NCBI GenBank assembly: GCA_950097015.1
Contig: CATNEN010000003.1
Span: 6,510,001 to 6,574,000 of the forward strand
DNA from: Macrostomum hystrix
Lineage: Eukaryota > Animalia > Platyhelminthes
Reading direction: 5' to 3'
Length of the DNA stretch: 64,000 bases
The position numbers and the translations under genes are program-made. The notes under the pieces were generated by a model. That model made no database searches, was not told the origin of the DNA, and was given only the letters and a program-made list of their open reading frames with translations. Positions 59,433 through 64,000 of this stretch are shown piece by piece; positions within the stretch are counted from its first letter, which is position 1; each line of letters begins with the position of its first letter.

Positions 59433-60680
59433 ATGTCTAACAGGTTGTGTCCTCTGTTCAACAGGCTGTGTCCTCTGTCTAACAGGTTGTGTTCTCTGTC
59501 TAACAGGTTGTGTCTTCTGTCTAACAGGTTGTGTCCTCTGTCTAACAGGTTGTGTCTTCTGTCTAACAGGTTGCATCCTCTGTCTAACAGGCTGTGTCTT
59601 CTGTCTAACAGGTTGTGTCTTCTGTCTAACAGGTTGCATCCTCTGTCTAACAGGCTGTGTCTTCTGTCTAACAGGTTGCATCCTCTGTCTAACAGGCTGT
59701 GTCTTCTGTCTAACAGGTTTTGTCTTCTGTCTAACAGGTTGTGTCTTCTGTCTAACAGGTTGTGTCTTCTGTCTAAGGCTGTGTTCTCTGTCTAACAGGC
59801 TGTGTCCTCTGTCTAACAGGTTGCGTCTTCTGTCTAAGGCTGTGTCTTCTGTCTAACAGGTTGTGTCTTCTGTCTAACAGGTTGTGTCTTCTGTCTAAGG
59901 CTGTGTTCTCTGTCTAACAGGTTGTGTCTTCTGTCTAAGGCTGTGTCTTCTGTCTAACAGGTTGTGTCTTCTGTCTAACAGGTTGTGTCTTCTGTCTAAC
60001 AGGTTGTGTCTTCTGTCTAACAGGTTGTGTCCTCTGTCTAACAGGTTGTGTCTTCTGTCTAACAGGTTGTGTCTTCTGTCTAACAGGTTGTGTCTTCTGT
60101 CTAACAGGTTGCATCCTCTGTCTAACAGGTTGTGTCCTCTGTCTAACAGTTGTGTCTTCTGTCTAACAGGTTGTGTCTTCTGTCTAACAGGTTGCATCCT
60201 CTGTCTAATAGGTTGCATCCTCTGTCTAACAGGTTGTGTCCTCTGTCTAACAGGTTGTGTCTTCTGTCTAACAGGTTGTGTCCTCTGTCTAACAGGTTGT
60301 GTCTTCTGTCTAACAGGTTGCATCCTCTGTCTAACAGGTTGTGTCTTCTGTCTAACAGGTTGTATCCTCTGTCTAACAGGTTGCATCCTCTGTCTAACAG
60401 GTTGTGTCCTCTGTCTAACAGGCTGTGTCCTCTGTCTAACAGGTTGTGTCTTCTGTCTAACAGGTTGTGTCCTCTGTCTAACAGGCTGTGTCCTCTGTCT
60501 AACAGGTTGTGTCTTCTGTCTAACAGGTTGTGTCTTCTGTCTAACAGGTTGTGTCTTCTGTCTAAGGCTGTGTTCTCTGTCTAACAGGCTGTGTCCTCTG
60601 TCTAACAGGTTGCGTCTTCTGTCTAAGGCTGTGTCTTCTGTCTAACAGGTTGTGTCCTCTGTCTAACAGGTTGCATCCTC
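59433..60680. repeat. 21-bp minisatellite (CTGTCTAACAGGTTGTGTCTT)n
   Basis: Directly visible; its reverse complement shares ACCTGTTAGACAG with 52092-52450. Confidence 0.95.
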
Positions 60681-61258
60681 TTGGTATTTTCGTCCCCTGT
60701 TAAACGTGTTAGTAAACAAATGTTGTGCCTTTACATTTCAAATATTGTTAAAGGTAATTCGATATATATTGAAAGCGACTCACAACCTTTAGTTTTGTAA
60801 AAGAAAATATCAGTGATGCCTAATTAACCTGATTAATTAATTAGTTAATTAATAATTAAAAAACATGACTCAGTCAAGCAGGAAATTTGCTATGTATCAT
60901 GAATTCCCAGGTTTATCAATCCATGCAGCAATGGCTTGCTAACAAATTCTCTATAGGACAGAAAGACCATTTCACTGCTCAAAACTCAAGCCTTTGATCA
61001 GAGGCTGTCATTTGACTATATAGGCCTTTGAGATCGTTTAAGAGTGCGTGAGTAGGCGCCTCTTTGTTAATCTGATATTGTTATGAAGCCATCTATAAGT
61101 GCTTGTTATAACTTGGTACCGCTGTTTGGCTGTTTGCTACGCTTGCATTAGTTGTTAGCTTTTGCATCTTATTTCTGCTTTGACCATTGTTTTTTTATAA
61201 CATCTTTATTATTACACGCCTGCCGCTTCGCCAGTCGCCAAATTTCCAGCCTATAGCT

Positions 61259-62167
61259 CAGGGGTAGGCAACTTATTTGCTGGCGGGCCAAAGTGAGAAC
61301 CTAAAAGACGACAGCGGGCCGCATTAACTGTATAAATATGAGATAGGGGAGAGATGAGATTAGACATGGGATAGATTAGACACAGGAGAGATTAGACACG
61401 GGAGAGATTAGACATGGGGGAAATTAGACACGGTAGAGATTAGACACGGGAGAGATTAGACACGGGAGAGATTAGACACGGGAGAGATTAGACATGGGAG
61501 AGATTAGATACGAGAGCGATGAGACACGAGAGAGATTAGACACGGGAGAGATTAGACACGGGAGAGATTAGACACGGGAGAGATTAGACATGGGAGAGAT
61601 TAGACATGGGGGAAATTAGACACAGGAGAAATTAGACACGGGAGAGATTAGACACGGGAGAGATTAGACACGGGAGAGATTAGACACGGGAGAAATTAGA
61701 CACGGGAGAGATTACGATGAGACACGAGAGAGATTAGACACGGGAGAGATTAGACACGGGAGAGATTAGACACGGGAGAGATTAGACACGGGAGAAATTA
61801 GACACGGGAGAGATTAGACACGGGAGAGATTAGACACGGGAGAGATTAGATACGAGAGCGATGAGACACGAGAGAGATTAGACACGGGAGAGATTAGACA
61901 CGGGAGAGATTAGACACGGGAGAAATTAGACACGGGAGAGATTAGATACGAGAGCGATGAGACACGAGAGAGATTAGACACGGGAGAGATTAGACACGGG
62001 AGAGATTAGACACGGGAGAGATGAGACACGGGAGAAATTAGACACGGGAGAGATTAGACACGGGAGAGATGAAACAGGACACTGTAGATGTCAGAAGGGG
62101 CAACGGGCCGGATTTGGGAGCTTCGAGGGCCGCATCTGGCCCGTGGGCCGGAGTTTGCCGACCCCTG
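61259..62167. mobile_element. Non-autonomous hAT (Charlie-like) element carrying an internal 16-bp minisatellite
   Basis: TIRs CAGGGGTAGGCAA / TTGCCGACCCCTG, subterminal GCGGGCC and GGCCCGTGGGCCG motifs, perfect 8-bp TSD CTATAGCT (61251-61258, 62168-62175); internal (GAGATTAGACACGGGA)n at ~61345-62072. Confidence 0.9.
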
Positions 62168-63096
62168 CTATAGCTATTTTTGCTATTTTTTTATCTGCCT
62201 TTTTTTAACTAACATCTTAATATCTTCAGAAAAAGCTAGGGAAATAGCTAAAAAAGAAAGTAGTTTACTACATACTAACGATTTTGAACGTACCAACCAA
62301 TGTACATTCAAGCATTTTTATGGTTTTAAAAAACTCAAGTTTCAAGTGCAGAATTAAGCGCAACGCTTTCAAGTCGACGCTCATGGTTTGAAGAAGATCA
62401 AGCTGCAAGTATTTTTTAATAAAAGAAACTGATACGAATCGAATAAATTTATCCAATGGGATCTGGGATTTGGGATCGACTAATTCGAGATAGACTGCAT
62501 CTGAATTGTATTTAGTGATTTGAATTTGTAGCTGGCATCTTTTTTCTATAGTGCGTGTATAGGGCGTGGCTACTGCACGACAGCCCCATGCATAAGCTTC
62601 TCACTGTCAAATCCGTCTTATCTTCTAATCCTATAAAAATCCTCCACCCCAACGCTGTCGCATCCGCCCCTATCACGACTGGCCTTTTTAACTTTTCCGT
62701 GTTCGTCAGACAGACAGACAGAAATCATAGAAAAGAAATGGAAGACAAATTGCCAATGTCAGGATTATTAGGGATATTGTGATGCGAGACAGGGATTAAT
62801 TGAAATTTACCTTCATCTGAGTCTAATCTCCGTCGCGTGTTTCGCGAAAATTGACGTCTATAGGGGTAAAATTGAGTCGCGATCACGAACCGTGTTTAAT
62901 CTGATGATGTTCTGGGCGACTCCAGTTGAAACTCGATAATTGCTAGAGCTCAGGTTTAAGATTTGGTCGCTGAAACAGGTGTTTCTGTGGATTTTCCCGA
63001 AGAATTTGAGAACTGAGAAGCTAATTAGTTTAATGTGTAGTGGCTTTTCAAGTCAATTTAGTTAAAATCTAAGGCCAACCACCGATTGAACAAATT

Positions 63097-63395
63097 CAGT
63101 TCCATCTAATCTCATAGTCTGTTCCATCGAATCTCATACTTAGTTCCATCTAATCTCATAGTCTTTTCCATCATCTAATCTCATAGTCTGTTCCATCTAA
63201 TCTCATCTTAGTTCCATCTAAACTCATACTTAGTTCCATCTAATCTCATAGTCTTTTCCATCATCTAATCTCATAGTCTGTTCCATCTAGTCTCATAGTC
63301 AGTTCCATCTAAACTCATAGTCTGTTCCATCTAGTCTCATAGTCAGTTCCATCTAAACTCATTGTCTGTTCCATCTAATCTGTTCCGTCTAATCT
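63097..63395. repeat. ~22-bp minisatellite (GTTCCATCTAATCTCATAGTCT)n
   Basis: Directly visible. Confidence 0.88.
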
Positions 63396-63569
63396 TATAA
63401 TCTTACAGACTAATCTAGTCTAATTTCTTTTCTCGTATTTTCTAATCGATACAATCGCATAGTATGGTAAATTGCTAAATCTTAAATTAATCGTTAATCT
63501 CAATTACTTCTAATTGACCCTATTAGTTTAACCTTTGTTAATTTACATTTAAACTTCTTTTCAACAAGG

Positions 63570-63818
63570 ATGTCCACCACAGCAGCCGGCAATGTGCCGC
63601 AGCAGCAGCAGCAGCAGCAGCCCAACAGCTTGCTAGATGCTCCATTTTGGATCGGTGCGATAATCCTTATCGGCATATTGTTAATCCTTGGCTTTGTTCT
63701 ATGCCTGAAACGCCACTATGAAGATGACATTTCCCAGTGCAGGCCGTGCCGTAAGAGAACTCCAGCCGCTAATCCAGAAGAGAACTTGTACAGTGAGTTT
63801 CACAACCTGATCCTGTAA
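63570..63818 (+). CDS. Small single-pass membrane protein (82 aa) or an exon of one
   Basis: Poly-Q, hydrophobic FWIGAIILIGILLILGFVLCL followed by KR, cytoplasmic NLYSEF; acceptor-like cttttcaacaag immediately upstream. Confidence 0.5.
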   Translation: MSTTAAGNVPQQQQQQQPNSLLDAPFWIGAIILIGILLILGFVLCLKRHYEDDISQCRPCRKRTPAANPEENLYSEFHNLIL

Positions 63819-64000
63819 TGTCCTCTAATGTACTTTATAATCATTTGTACTTTTAAACTCGCTTACTTCACTGGAGTTCCCTTCCTAATTAGGGTTCCAA
63901 AAACTGTTTGGCGTGTCATATTTTATCACCCAATCCGATTTTTGCGACAGTTTTTACACCTGTTATCAGTTCATTAATTAAGATAACAGTTCAACACCTT

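Noticed and set aside
59418-60645. Cys-rich ORFs (CLTGCVF)n resembling metallothionein or keratin-associated proteins
   Set aside because: 21-bp satellite read in multiple frames
1-64000. Autonomous transposase, reverse transcriptase or SL RNA gene
   Set aside because: No such ORF motifs or recognisable SL exon plus Sm site were seen; all mobile elements here are non-autonomous

Overview
Eukaryotic (animal) genomic DNA. The Gln/Ala-rich exons, a minisatellite in most long introns and unpaired 3' splice sites just upstream of start codons resemble a free-living flatworm such as Macrostomum; this is inference, not proof. Supported genes: a two-exon single-pass membrane protein (-), a CH25H-like sterol/fatty-acid hydroxylase (+), an intronless ankyrin-repeat TRPM-type channel (+), a ~17.4-kb multi-exon CPLANE1/JBTS17 orthologue (-), then divergently a co-oriented run RPS26 - ATP6V1E - KLHDC2/1-like - RBM42 (+), and a small membrane ORF at the end. 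Between and inside genes are >25 tandem arrays, two tRNA-headed SINE families (one CORE-type) and two hAT MITEs with perfect 8-bp TSDs. Most interesting: (1) an apparent spliced-leader (SL) code in which the SL-terminal AUG would either be stopped after 1-2 codons (five genes) or supply a missing in-frame start (RBM42), within an operon-like cluster; (2) the KLHDC2-like E3 receptor ends in -LLGG, the di-glycine degron its family recognises; (3) the ankyrin/TRPM hybrid channel; (4) three footprints of minisatellite mobility (hAT cargo, a TSD-flanked array, a templated patch). All homology calls come from remembered family motifs; no searches were run.
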